Positions 37,974 to 47,622 of a stretch of DNA of 64,000 bases are shown here, piece after piece. The stretch covers positions 320,001-384,000 of the forward strand of contig JBMNIF010000002.1 in assembly GCA_050950765.1 (NCBI GenBank), read 5' to 3'. The stretch's first letter is position 1. Each line of letters starts with the position of its first letter. Source of the stretch: Bdellovibrionota bacterium. GTDB taxonomy: Bacteria > Bdellovibrionota_C > UBA2361 > JAAYZI01. The position numbers and the translations under genes are program-made. The notes under the pieces were generated by a model. It made no database searches. It was given only the letters and a program-made list of their open reading frames with translations, and was not told where the DNA came from.

Positions 37974-38845
37974 ACTTTATTCATCAAAAAATTAAGGTAA
38001 TCATAACGTCCCAACCTATTACAGGCGGAGAACTCTCTTTTATTCAGATCTGTAAATTGCACCTCTCCTTCAAGACAAACGATCGAATTCCACAAGACTT
38101 CCCGTTTTAGTAAAAGTCTTTTAACGTTTTTAAATAACGGTTGATTTTCCGTATTAGTAGCACCGCGGTGCGAAATATATCTAAGTTGTTCATTAGAACT
38201 CACATATAAGGTGTAGTAAGTTTCTATCGGGATAATGACTCTGATAACAGCTTCAGCAACTTCAGATTCAGGAACGATCATGCTTTTTTCAATACCTAGT
38301 GAAAGATCTAAACACCCTTCTCTGCCTATATGTCTCACCCCTGTACCTTGCAACTCCCAAACACCATCAACTCCGAAGCCAAGATAACCGAAGGTGTGTT
38401 CTGATAAAGCGCTCCGTTTAAAGCGCGGACAAACATAAAATGTCATACCATCTTGTCGTACAACATCGTAAATCTTTTCCATAGCGAGGGAGAAAGTGGT
38501 GACAGCATCAGAATCTGAAGCAGGTAGTAAAGTTTTCCCAACGATGGCGTTAGCCTCTCCATTAGTGAAAGTTATTCTGCCTGAATTGTGTATCCTCGGA
38601 AGTAAATAGAACGGATGAGTGTCCAGATCATCTAAGACCCGTTGCACCTTATGTGAAAGTTGTAACGAGGTTAGTTCATTGGCATAACGTCGCTTTGCAA
38701 GATTTTGTAGCGAAAGCGAAGATTGCATCAATTTCCCGACAACCACACATAAAATTCCACAGAGACACACCGTGACAAGGACTTCAATCAATGTAAATCC
38801 GTCTGCACCTTTTAACGATCTTTTTGCACAAGAAAAACGATACAC
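37970..38845 (-). CDS. Prepilin N-methylation domain protein (PilW/GspJ-like)
   Basis: G|FTLIEVLVTV canonical class III signal. Confidence 0.85.
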   Translation of the reverse strand: MYRFSCAKRSLKGADGFTLIEVLVTVCLCGILCVVVGKLMQSSLSLQNLAKRRYANELTSLQLSHKVQRVLDDLDTHPFYLLPRIHNSGRITFTNGEANAIVGKTLLPASDSDAVTTFSLAMEKIYDVVRQDGMTFYVCPRFKRSALSEHTFGYLGFGVDGVWELQGTGVRHIGREGCLDLSLGIEKSMIVPESEVAEAVIRVIIPIETYYTLYVSSNEQLRYISHRGATNTENQPLFKNVKRLLLKREVLWNSIVCLEGEVQFTDLNKREFSACNRLGRYDYLNFLMNKV

Positions 38846-39099
38846 TCTCCCTCCTTTTTACAACATTTTTTTCTGGTAAACCCTCCTTTAACGGATTTAC
38901 TCCGACAACTCTTCTTTAACTCTGAAGCATTCCAAGTTAACGCCCCTTTCTTCCTTGCAAATACACCTTCTCCTGCAGCAACAACTGCCAGCAGTTGTCC
39001 TTGTGAAAAGATCGCAATTACTGCAAACCCTATTAAGACAAAACTCAACAACAGATCTAAAAAAGTTGCTGCTCTTTCATCCTGCAATTTTATTCGCAT
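38812..39099 (-). CDS. Small PilV/GspI-like pilin
   Basis: GAGGAG RBS, MRIKLQDERA|ATFLDLLLSF followed by a hydrophobic helix; position in cluster. Confidence 0.55.
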   Translation of the reverse strand: MRIKLQDERAATFLDLLLSFVLIGFAVIAIFSQGQLLAVVAAGEGVFARKKGALTWNASELKKSCRSKSVKGGFTRKKCCKKEGECIVFLVQKDR

Positions 39100-39548
39100 A
39101 AGCTCCTCACTCTTCCTCGTAATGACAAAACCACAAAACACTCTGCCTCCTTGCGTGACACTGAAAAGGTAACGGGGCTACTAACTCCGCTCTTATATAA
39201 ACTTACACAATCTCTACCTGTACCGTGCGGCTTTATCGTTACGTGTTTTGGGAAGGTAAACTTTTGAACAGGCACGGATCCGTTTTCATAACTGAGAAGA
39301 TACTCATTTTCTGAAAATTGCAGTGTTAGATCCTCTTCACGCTGCACACTAAGCAGCACAAAACCTTCCAATGCACTTGCAAACCGTTTGGACTCTCTAA
39401 TTAGGGAGAGACGGTTACTATCTGCTGCAACTCTATATGCTGCTAGACACAACACACCCGACAGCCCTAACACGATTAGAAGCTCTAAAAGCGCAAAGGC
39501 AACGTCCCTATTTGAAGAATTATTAGGTATGATTTTTTTCATACCCAC
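39090..39548 (-). CDS. FimT/GspH-like pilin
   Basis: A|FALLELLIVL; C-terminal GVSSP...VVLSLRGRVR typical of GspH/FimT. Confidence 0.75.
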   Translation of the reverse strand: MGMKKIIPNNSSNRDVAFALLELLIVLGLSGVLCLAAYRVAADSNRLSLIRESKRFASALEGFVLLSVQREEDLTLQFSENEYLLSYENGSVPVQKFTFPKHVTIKPHGTGRDCVSLYKSGVSSPVTFSVSRKEAECFVVLSLRGRVRSLCE

Positions 39549-39613
39549 ATGATCGGATCCTCAAAAGGAATCGTTGCCTCGTGAAGTGATTTTTATCTAT
39601 TTTTTTGTAGAAA

Positions 39614-40096
39614 TTACTTTACAGCATCTGACGGCAGATCTGCGGAGACCCCGAGTAGATCTGCTAACTTTGTTCGTAAATACCTTTCAAAACCACCCTC
39701 TTCGCCGTCTGAAAAGATTAATTCATCAACCGTCTCCATTAATACCTTTTTTTCATCTGAGTCTAAATTGTCTTTTAATAAGGCAGCATAACGGCTTGTC
39801 CCACGCAAGTTATTCATAATGGTATTGGCTTGATTAACAAGAGTTTGAACACGATCTTTAGGGGTACCAAATAGCCGTTTGAGGGCGCTCCCTATCATAA
39901 TATATTCTTTTTGTTCAAAATTCTGATCACAGGAAGCCATATCAACCAATAATACAGCAAACGCCAGTTCCAGATCTGCCGTTGGAACACCTCTCCTTTT
40001 TTGTTTTCCCTTATTACCTTCTCCTTGCTCTTCAAAAACGCTTTTCAAAGCATTTACAAGTGCTTCTGCTGTTATTTTATCGTTTTGATCACCCAT
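39614..40096 (-). CDS. TerB family protein
   Basis: AVLLVDMASCD....E and LIFSDG....E metal-site motifs; AAGGAG RBS before ATG 40096. Confidence 0.85.
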   Translation of the reverse strand: MGDQNDKITAEALVNALKSVFEEQGEGNKGKQKRRGVPTADLELAFAVLLVDMASCDQNFEQKEYIMIGSALKRLFGTPKDRVQTLVNQANTIMNNLRGTSRYAALLKDNLDSDEKKVLMETVDELIFSDGEEGGFERYLRTKLADLLGVSADLPSDAVK

Positions 40097-40307
40097 TTTT
40101 TTCTTACTCCTTACAAGGATAATATCAAACAAGTTGTGCGACTACTCCCCCCACTTCTTCACAAATGGAATTAGTACTTCACCTTATTCAATCTCTTAAC
40201 TTAAAATACGATTTTCTCGCACCCCTAATCACCTTATTTTTAAAGGTTTTGCAAGACAAAAGAGGTCTTCAGCTCTCCTTCAATTAGTGCAAAACATCAT
40301 ATAATTT

Positions 40308-41294
40308 TTAAGATACAACCGTTTTAACTTCTATCAGATCTTGAATATCTACCAATCCAACCGGATAATTTTCACTATCAACCACTATCACTTGGTCAAT
40401 CTTATAACTACTCATAACTTGCAAAGCATCAGAAGCGTAAGCATCAACCGTTATCGTCTTCGGATCTTTAGTCGCTACTTTTGAAATAGGTTTATCTAAA
40501 AAATCCACCTCCTTCGAAAGACATCTGCGAAAGTTTCCATCTGTAAAAACACCTGACAATTTACCAGCACTATCAACAACTGTTGCCGCACCTGGACGTC
40601 CTTTAGTTTCCGTCATTTTTTCTAGAACAGCTCTAGCAGTTTCTGTTTCTGAAACGATGCAGTGCATCTCACCTTGCCGCATAATAGTAGTAATCGGTTT
40701 TAACGCCTTGCCTAAAGAACCACCGGAATGGAAAAAAGCGAACTCTTCTCGTGAAAATTTCTTTCCTCTAACGATTGTCATCGCTAAAGCATCTCCCAAA
40801 GCCAACATCATCATAGCACTGGTTGTAGGAGCTAGCCCTAATGGTCCTGCCTCACTAACATTTCCAAGCGCTAAAACAACATCACTTGCCTTAGCTAAAT
40901 TAGAAGTTGTAGTAGCAGTAATTGAGACGATCGGACACTTCAGACGTTTAATTAAGGGTAGGATCCTTAAGATCTCTTCAGTTTCACCAGAATACGAAAT
41001 AATCAAAGCTAAATCGTATTTAGTATACCTTCCCAAGTCTCCATGCGCAGCCTCTGCTGGATTTAAGAAAAACGACGGGATGCCGACGCTAGCTAAGGTG
41101 GCTGAAATCTTCATACCGATAAAACCGGCTTTACCCATGCCGGAAACAACGATATGCCCGTGTCCGTTTGAAACCTCTGCGATTAGATCAACAGCATGCG
41201 AAAAGCTTTCATCCAATTGTTGCGATAACTTCTGCACACCAGCAGCTTCTTCAGCTATTAAATTTCTTGCATACTCAAGGCAATCTTCGCTCAT
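40308..41294 (-). CDS. kdsD: Arabinose-5-phosphate isomerase (KpsF/GutQ family, SIS + CBS)
   Basis: SGMGKAG, EAAHGDLG, SYSGET, LAPTTS, GDALA, GVFTDG. Confidence 0.93.
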   Translation of the reverse strand: MSEDCLEYARNLIAEEAAGVQKLSQQLDESFSHAVDLIAEVSNGHGHIVVSGMGKAGFIGMKISATLASVGIPSFFLNPAEAAHGDLGRYTKYDLALIISYSGETEEILRILPLIKRLKCPIVSITATTTSNLAKASDVVLALGNVSEAGPLGLAPTTSAMMMLALGDALAMTIVRGKKFSREEFAFFHSGGSLGKALKPITTIMRQGEMHCIVSETETARAVLEKMTETKGRPGAATVVDSAGKLSGVFTDGNFRRCLSKEVDFLDKPISKVATKDPKTITVDAYASDALQVMSSYKIDQVIVVDSENYPVGLVDIQDLIEVKTVVS

Positions 41295-41506
41295 GCTTTA
41301 AAAGTCTCCATTTTATTAAAAATAACGCAACTCTCGCCCCTCTTAGTCACAGCACCAACTAAATTACCCCCACTTTTAGCACAGCCTAAAGTTAAAATCG
41401 ACGTTTCTTTTAAACCTCACCCCTTTGCTAAGTAGCCCGAACTTTTCAACTATGTTATAGATACCACTCTCTCTGTTTAGTTGAATTATACAAAAAATGG
41501 CACCTC

Positions 41507-43495
41507 ATGAAAAATAAAGAACACGCTTCTTATTCAACTTCCCCGAAAAAACATCAGATCGTCTTTGCCATGTTAGTGGTGCTACTCATGGTAGGGTGGC
41601 TTTATGCCCCTTTTGTTAGTTCAGGTCTGCCATACTTTTATGATGAAGACGAGGGACATCACTTTAACCGTGTCGTCAATATGGTTCAGGAAGGAAGCTT
41701 TAATCCGAAGTACTTTCTTAAACCTTCACTCCATTTTTATCTACGTATGCCTGTAACTGCAGCTGCTTTCTTGCGGATTGCAAAAAAGGGAGAGATCTCA
41801 TCAATTCAGGAGATCCGAACTACTGATCCTTACGGCTTAGCAGGCATGTCGTTTACACCTTCACACCCCTTTATCGCTAAAGCTAATAGAGCGTTTAGTC
41901 TATTTATGACGTTGGCAGCGATAGCACTGGTTCTCTTAATCTCACTGGAGTTCACACCATCTCTACCTTGCGCCTGTTTTGCAGCGCTATTAACTTCGCT
42001 CTCTCCGACTCTAGCTGAACGCTCTGCCTTTATCGGTGTAGATGGTCCGATGATGTTGTTCTCTCTCTTAACAGTTTATCTCGCCATCTTACTGCAGAAA
42101 CGTTTTTCATATACGCTCTTAATCTTTTGTGCCATTAGTGCTGGCTTAACAGTCTCTACTAAATACAATGCTGCACCTATATTTTTACTTCCCTGTTTAG
42201 CACTCTTCTTAAGTGACAAACGACCTGCGTGGGGGGTTGCCTTATCAATAATACTCCCACCACTCGCCTTCTTAGCAGCAAGCCCCTTTATCTTAGTTTC
42301 AATTCCACTCTTTTTAGATCACGTTGGCTATGAGATGTGGCACTATAAAACAGGGCATATCGGGCACGAAGCGGAAGCTGGGCTAGCACAACTACTCTTT
42401 TATTCAAAATGGCTCTGGTCAGACGGCTGGAACATCATCCCCTTACTCTCCGTACTTGGATTTGGTTTTCTACTAAATAAGCAGCAATACAAAAGCACTC
42501 TAACGCTATCTTTCTTTCCTATTGTTTATACAACCTTAATGCTTATGCAGCGTGTTAATTTTACACGTAATCTAATTATAATTATTCCGTTTTTAGCTAT
42601 CTTTGCTAGTTGTGCTCTGTATTTGCTAATGAAGAGAGAGATGGAGAGAGAAAAAAAACACCGCTATCTCTGCCCACTTATAGCTATAATATTATCTTGC
42701 TATCCTTTATATCTAACACTAAACGCTCGCACAGAAGCGCTTCACGTAAAGGACTCCCGTACTGCTGCACACACTTGGCTATTAGAAAATAGCGCTAAAG
42801 ATAAGATGCAAGACACTGCTATCTCTGGCAGATTACAACTGCCACTATTTACAGCAACTACGAATCGCAAAAGATCTATCACACTTAAAGGAGTCGCTAG
42901 AATAGATGAGAAGCGTTCCGTTTATGACCTATACTTAGACGGTTTTGATAGGATCGTTTTTGGGCCTGAAAAAGTTTTATCAAAAGATGAAGAGAAGATA
43001 CTAGAGGTTGAAAAGATCTTTTCGGGAGACACCGCTCCCTTTAGGATTCCTCAAAATCCACAGATTCGTATCTTTAAATTTAACTCTGATCACACCACTA
43101 AAAACAGTATCAAAGATTTTGCTATTAACAATAATCTATTAAAAGAGATCTCTTTTCCAGATCTAAATCCCTCAACAGAAGATCAGGTCTGGCTTCAGAA
43201 CCGGTTATCAATTTTAAAACTAGACCTAAAAAAGTTTAAAAATACAGAAGACCTCGCGTTGGAGGTGCTGACACCTTGGCAAAATCAAACGGTCATCTTT
43301 AGACAAGGCACTTGGCAACAGGAATGCACACCTCAACAAGGCAAGTGGTCGCTCTGTAAGTTAAATCCGCCTCAATTTTTAGCAAAAAACGGTTTTCTAA
43401 GTTTAATTGTAGAACTCTCTGAAGTACACGCTCCCCTTGCTTACGATATCTCAAAAGATAACCGCCGCTTAGGAGTTGCCCTCAAAACACCGTAA
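41507..43495 (+). CDS. GT-C fold (family 39/ArnT-like) membrane glycosyltransferase
   Basis: DEDE after the first TM helix, YFLKP, STKYN, many TM helices, C-terminal DNRRLGV. Confidence 0.85.
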   Translation: MKNKEHASYSTSPKKHQIVFAMLVVLLMVGWLYAPFVSSGLPYFYDEDEGHHFNRVVNMVQEGSFNPKYFLKPSLHFYLRMPVTAAAFLRIAKKGEISSIQEIRTTDPYGLAGMSFTPSHPFIAKANRAFSLFMTLAAIALVLLISLEFTPSLPCACFAALLTSLSPTLAERSAFIGVDGPMMLFSLLTVYLAILLQKRFSYTLLIFCAISAGLTVSTKYNAAPIFLLPCLALFLSDKRPAWGVALSIILPPLAFLAASPFILVSIPLFLDHVGYEMWHYKTGHIGHEAEAGLAQLLFYSKWLWSDGWNIIPLLSVLGFGFLLNKQQYKSTLTLSFFPIVYTTLMLMQRVNFTRNLIIIIPFLAIFASCALYLLMKREMEREKKHRYLCPLIAIILSCYPLYLTLNARTEALHVKDSRTAAHTWLLENSAKDKMQDTAISGRLQLPLFTATTNRKRSITLKGVARIDEKRSVYDLYLDGFDRIVFGPEKVLSKDEEKILEVEKIFSGDTAPFRIPQNPQIRIFKFNSDHTTKNSIKDFAINNNLLKEISFPDLNPSTEDQVWLQNRLSILKLDLKKFKNTEDLALEVLTPWQNQTVIFRQGTWQQECTPQQGKWSLCKLNPPQFLAKNGFLSLIVELSEVHAPLAYDISKDNRRLGVALKTP

Positions 43496-43575
43496 GTCTC
43501 TGTAAAAACATACCCTACTAAGGGTTTTAAAAGGGGTGTTTTTAACATAAAACAGTTAAAGATTTTCCCAAGATA

Positions 43576-43604
43576 TTGACGGCAGAAACATCCCAGACTA
43601 ATCT
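43576..43604 (+). promoter_or_regulatory. Candidate sigma70 promoter for hldD
   Basis: TTGACG-17 nt-TAATCT. Confidence 0.4.
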
Positions 43605-43640
43605 GTCACCTACTGTTTAATACGGATAGAGAGGATTACA

Positions 43641-44627
43641 ATGTACATTATTACAGGTGGTGCCGGTTTTATCGGCAGTGTTTTTTTAGGCAGACTTAAT
43701 GCAGAAGGGATTGAAGATATCCTTGTAGTGGATAATCTCAGCACCTCATCAAAGTGGAAGAATCTAACAAATAAATTTTTCTTAGATTATATCCATAAAG
43801 ACGAATTTTTAGATCTGATTGAGTCAGACTCAATCCCTGGAGTGTCTTCTCCAAAAGATATCCAAGCCATTATCCATTTAGGTGCATGTTCAACAACAAC
43901 CGAAGAAGATATGGACTATCTGGTCTATAACAACGTTCGTTATAGCCAAGCTTTGGCAGCTTTCGCCCTTGAAAATAAGATCCGCTTTATCTATGCCAGT
44001 AGTGCGGCGACCTACGGTGCGGGAGAACGGGGATATCTCGATAATGAAGATGCTATCAGATCTCTACGCCCACTTAACCGCTACGGCTACTCCAAGCACA
44101 TCTTTGATCTATGGTGCCAACGCAACGATTTTTCTAAGTACTTTGCCGGATTGAAGTTTTTTAACGTTTATGGTCCAAACGAATACCACAAAGATGGACA
44201 ATTTAGTGGAGTTTACCGTTCATTCTTACAAACACGTGAAAGTTCCACCATTAAACTTTTTAAATCAGCTAACAGTGAATACGACGACGGTGAGCAGAAA
44301 CGAGACTTCGTCTATGTTAAAGATTGCGCTGATATTATCTTGTGGTTAATTAGAAACCCTTCTGTCACAGGCATTTACAATGTCGGTTCAGGCAAGGCTA
44401 AATCTTGGAACGATCTTGCCCGAGCTGTTTTTAGTGCTCTCGGCATGGCAGAAAAGATAGAATATATTGAGATGCCCGACGGTTTACGTAAGCAATATCA
44501 ATATTTTACAGAAGCAAATATCGATAAATTACGTGCTGCTGGCTACTCAACTCCGATGACGAGCCTTGAAGATGGCGTTAGAGATTACGTTCTTAACTAT
44601 TTAAGTAACGATTTCAGATACTTTTAA
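43641..44627 (+). CDS. rfaD: ADP-L-glycero-D-manno-heptose 6-epimerase
   Basis: TGGAGFIGS, HLGACSTT, YASSAATYG, YGYSK, FFNVYGPNEYHK, YQYFTEA. Confidence 0.96.
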   Translation: MYIITGGAGFIGSVFLGRLNAEGIEDILVVDNLSTSSKWKNLTNKFFLDYIHKDEFLDLIESDSIPGVSSPKDIQAIIHLGACSTTTEEDMDYLVYNNVRYSQALAAFALENKIRFIYASSAATYGAGERGYLDNEDAIRSLRPLNRYGYSKHIFDLWCQRNDFSKYFAGLKFFNVYGPNEYHKDGQFSGVYRSFLQTRESSTIKLFKSANSEYDDGEQKRDFVYVKDCADIILWLIRNPSVTGIYNVGSGKAKSWNDLARAVFSALGMAEKIEYIEMPDGLRKQYQYFTEANIDKLRAAGYSTPMTSLEDGVRDYVLNYLSNDFRYF

Positions 44628-44783
44628 CGTTATTTAGAAAGATAGCGGACAATTTTCTTTTATTAAAAAAAGGGCACACCGCTCCCCTTTCTCGGATCTA
44701 GTCTTCGTAGAGGGTTGCTTTTTTTAAGGCGACCCGCTATAAGACTCAACTCACATTGAGTGTATTTTAAGTGAAGAAATAAG

Positions 44784-44945
44784 ATGAAACCTACATTTAA
44801 TCCAGGAAATAAGTCTCGTAGATGTCAGCACGGCTTTCGTAAACGTATGAGTAGTGCCGGTGGTCGTAAAGTTTTAAATGCTCGTCGTGCTAAAGGACGT
44901 CACACTATTGCAGTATCAACACCCCGTAAAGGGCACTATCGCTAA
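44784..44945 (+). CDS. rpmH: 50S ribosomal protein L34 (missed by the ORF track)
   Basis: Manual translation MKPTFNPGNKSRRCQHGFRKRMSSAGGRKVLNARRAKGRHTIAVSTPRKGHYR; upstream of rnpA. Confidence 0.96.
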   Translation: MKPTFNPGNKSRRCQHGFRKRMSSAGGRKVLNARRAKGRHTIAVSTPRKGHYR

Positions 44946-45034
44946 GTTTTATACCTGAAGTCCCCCTTTACTTGAGTAGTGTTATACATTAGCTACGAGT
45001 TGTGCTCTCGTAGCTATAGTTCATTTTAGACGTC

Positions 45035-45442
45035 ATGTCGAAGAGTTCAACACATCACGACTCCTCAAGGTTTCGATACAAACCTGAATTCCGTTTTAAA
45101 AAAAGATCTGACTTTGCAAGGATGGAACGAGCTGATGTTCGTTTGCATACTCGACCATTTCTATTGGTTGTAGCCCCCTCTCCTACCTCTGAAAGCCGTC
45201 TGGGGATTATTATTACTAAACGAATTGATAAGCGCGCAGTTGTCAGAAACAGAATTCGGCGTAGAGTTCGTGAGATATTTCGACATTATAGAGCAGATTT
45301 AAAACAACCTCTGGATATCCTTGTCATAGCACGTAAAGCAGCGCTCTCCTGCCCTTTTAGTGTTATGCAAAGACAAACTGTTGCTGCATTAAGGCGACAC
45401 GGATATCTATCTTCCGACTTCCGACAAAACTTCCGAGAGTAA
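45035..45442 (+). CDS. rnpA: Ribonuclease P protein component
   Basis: RLGIIITKR...AVVRNRIRRRVRE (RNR motif). Confidence 0.95.
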   Translation: MSKSSTHHDSSRFRYKPEFRFKKRSDFARMERADVRLHTRPFLLVVAPSPTSESRLGIIITKRIDKRAVVRNRIRRRVREIFRHYRADLKQPLDILVIARKAALSCPFSVMQRQTVAALRRHGYLSSDFRQNFRE

Positions 45443-45463
45443 GGAAAAACAAAAGCTTTAATT

Positions 45464-45685
45464 ATGCGAAAACTGCTACTGAAGTTAATTCGGTTACTAC
45501 ATAAGGGATACAAAACTTTTATCTCTCCACTATTTGGAGATGCCTGCCGCTTTAACCCCTCCTGTTCAGATTATGCAGTAGAGGCTATTGAAAAATATGG
45601 GCTTTTTAAGGGCTCTTGGCTTGCTATTAAGCGCATAATTCGGTGTAATCCCTTCTGCGATGGCGGAGATGATCCTGTACCTTAA
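45464..45685 (+). CDS. yidD: Membrane protein insertion efficiency factor
   Basis: ISP...[10 protein letters not shown]...RIIRCNPF...GGDDPVP. Confidence 0.95.
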   Translation: MRKLLLKLIRLLHKGYKTFISPLFGDACRFNPSCSDYAVEAIEKYGLFKGSWLAIKRIIRCNPFCDGGDDPVP

Positions 45686-45899
45686 AGGCTATCATCGAAA
45701 GAGTTTTGTATGACGCATATTTTTGTGACCTCTCCGAAACGATAAACGATAAATAGAAGCGGTGTTTTATGCAGCTGCATTCTAATTTTTCACAAGCGAT
45801 GTTATAAGATATTCGGCTTTTGCTCTCCTTCTTCACCTTGCATAAATCGAAACGGTGTCTGGGGAGAGGGACGCTTTACTTTTTTGGAGCATTATATCA

Positions 45900-47615
45900 A
45901 TGGATGACAACAGCAACAGGACTGCACTAGCTGTACTATTATCATTTATGGTGATCTTTTTCTATTATAGACAACAAGATCTGAAGAGAACTGAAGTACA
46001 CACAACACCACAGCAGCAGACTTCAACCACACTACCATCTCAACACCCTGCCGCCCCTTCTCCCTTTGAAGTACCTCCACAACCAGAGATAGAGACGACA
46101 CAACTCAAACAACCTGAAATTAAGCACTTTTTAGAAAGTTCAAAGACCGTTGTAAAAACCGCTAACGTCGAAGTTGAGATCAGCCACCTTGGAGCAAGAC
46201 TTATCAGTTATAAGTTGAACCATTACAAGACAACCGTAAAAGGTACAGATCCTCTCAACATGATCGATAAAGATAACCCTATCCCTCCTTTGGGGGTTTA
46301 TTTCGGTAATATTAACGATAGCACGGCACAATATACCCTAAGTAGTTATACAGATGGCGTGCAACAAAGTGGAGGTGTTTTTACACTACAAGGAGATCAG
46401 AAGCTTTCTCTTAATTTTACAGCTACACTTTCAAACGGTGCAGTCATTACAAAAACTTTGATTTTTTCAAATACCAACTATTATTTTAATGTTAACGTTG
46501 AAGTCTCAAGTTCAACGGAAAATATTTCAAATATCTGGTTGGAATGGACCTCCTTTATCCCTGAAGGAACAAAAGAAGAAAATTGGAATCAAAAAGTATA
46601 TACCTTGTTTTCGCAAGATGAAGACCGAGAGATCGTCACAATAAGAAGCTTACAACCGAATTTTAAAACCTATATGACGAAGTGGTCAGCTTTCGGTGAT
46701 AACTATTTTTTAAACGCCATTATTCCAACTATTCAAGGTCAAAATACTATGCTAGCAGCAAGGAGCGGTTCTGGAACACTCCTATTTAACCGTGTGGCGG
46801 GAGATAAGGGCTCTGCCCAATTTGATATCTATGCTGGTCCAAAACGGGTAGATACCCTCAGTGTCAAACCGTACAAGTTGGAGAGTAGTATTGATTTAGG
46901 ACGCTTGGCATTTATCGGACAACCGATCTTACTTATACTTAAGCTCTTTTACGAACTCCTCGGTAATTACGGTTTAGCTATCGTTTTACTAACCCTTATT
47001 ATAAAAACACTTCTTCTACCCCTAAACGCCAAGAGTTTTCAATCTATGCGAGCGATGCAAGATTTGAAGCCGGAGATGGATGCTCTTAGAGCGCGGATAC
47101 AAGATCCTAATCAACTAAACCAAGAAGTTTTGGCTCTTTACAAACGTAAAGGCGTAAATCCTATGGGTGGGTGTCTTCCGATGCTAATCCAACTCCCCAT
47201 ATTTTTAGGGATGTATAACGCCTTAAGAACATCTTTTGATTTAAGACACGAACCGTTTACACTCTGGATTGATGACCTTGCAGCACCGGAAAGTTTACCG
47301 ATCTTTGGAATTAATGTTCCTGTTATGATCCTCGTTATGGGTGTAACGATGTTTATTCAACAACTCACAACCCCCTCTGCTGGTGCTTCACCGGAACAAC
47401 GTAAGGTTATGTTATTTATGCCGATCATGTTTACCGTTATGTTTTTAATCTGGCCCTTTCCATCAGGCTTAGTGTTGTATTGGTTGGTAAATAATTTCAT
47501 CTCTATCATTCAACAGGTTGCGCTCAGATCTGAAGGTAAAATCACCCCGCTACAAATAACTTTCGTGGGCTCTGCTGCTATCTTCGGATTGTGTTACGTT
47601 TTAACCTTGCTCTAA
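45900..47615 (+). CDS. yidC: Membrane protein insertase
   Basis: YAGPK, GNYGLAIVLLT, NPMGGCLPMLIQLP, WIDDL, PSGLVLYW; ATG at 45900. Confidence 0.96.
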   Translation: MDDNSNRTALAVLLSFMVIFFYYRQQDLKRTEVHTTPQQQTSTTLPSQHPAAPSPFEVPPQPEIETTQLKQPEIKHFLESSKTVVKTANVEVEISHLGARLISYKLNHYKTTVKGTDPLNMIDKDNPIPPLGVYFGNINDSTAQYTLSSYTDGVQQSGGVFTLQGDQKLSLNFTATLSNGAVITKTLIFSNTNYYFNVNVEVSSSTENISNIWLEWTSFIPEGTKEENWNQKVYTLFSQDEDREIVTIRSLQPNFKTYMTKWSAFGDNYFLNAIIPTIQGQNTMLAARSGSGTLLFNRVAGDKGSAQFDIYAGPKRVDTLSVKPYKLESSIDLGRLAFIGQPILLILKLFYELLGNYGLAIVLLTLIIKTLLLPLNAKSFQSMRAMQDLKPEMDALRARIQDPNQLNQEVLALYKRKGVNPMGGCLPMLIQLPIFLGMYNALRTSFDLRHEPFTLWIDDLAAPESLPIFGINVPVMILVMGVTMFIQQLTTPSAGASPEQRKVMLFMPIMFTVMFLIWPFPSGLVLYWLVNNFISIIQQVALRSEGKITPLQITFVGSAAIFGLCYVLTLL

Positions 47616-47622
47616 TTTTTCC

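Noticed and set aside
40657..41301. Long antisense or alternate-frame ORFs (214 aa here; also 60798..61337, 6284..6640, 53367..53708 and others)
   Set aside because: They shadow well-supported genes and have no recognisable motifs.
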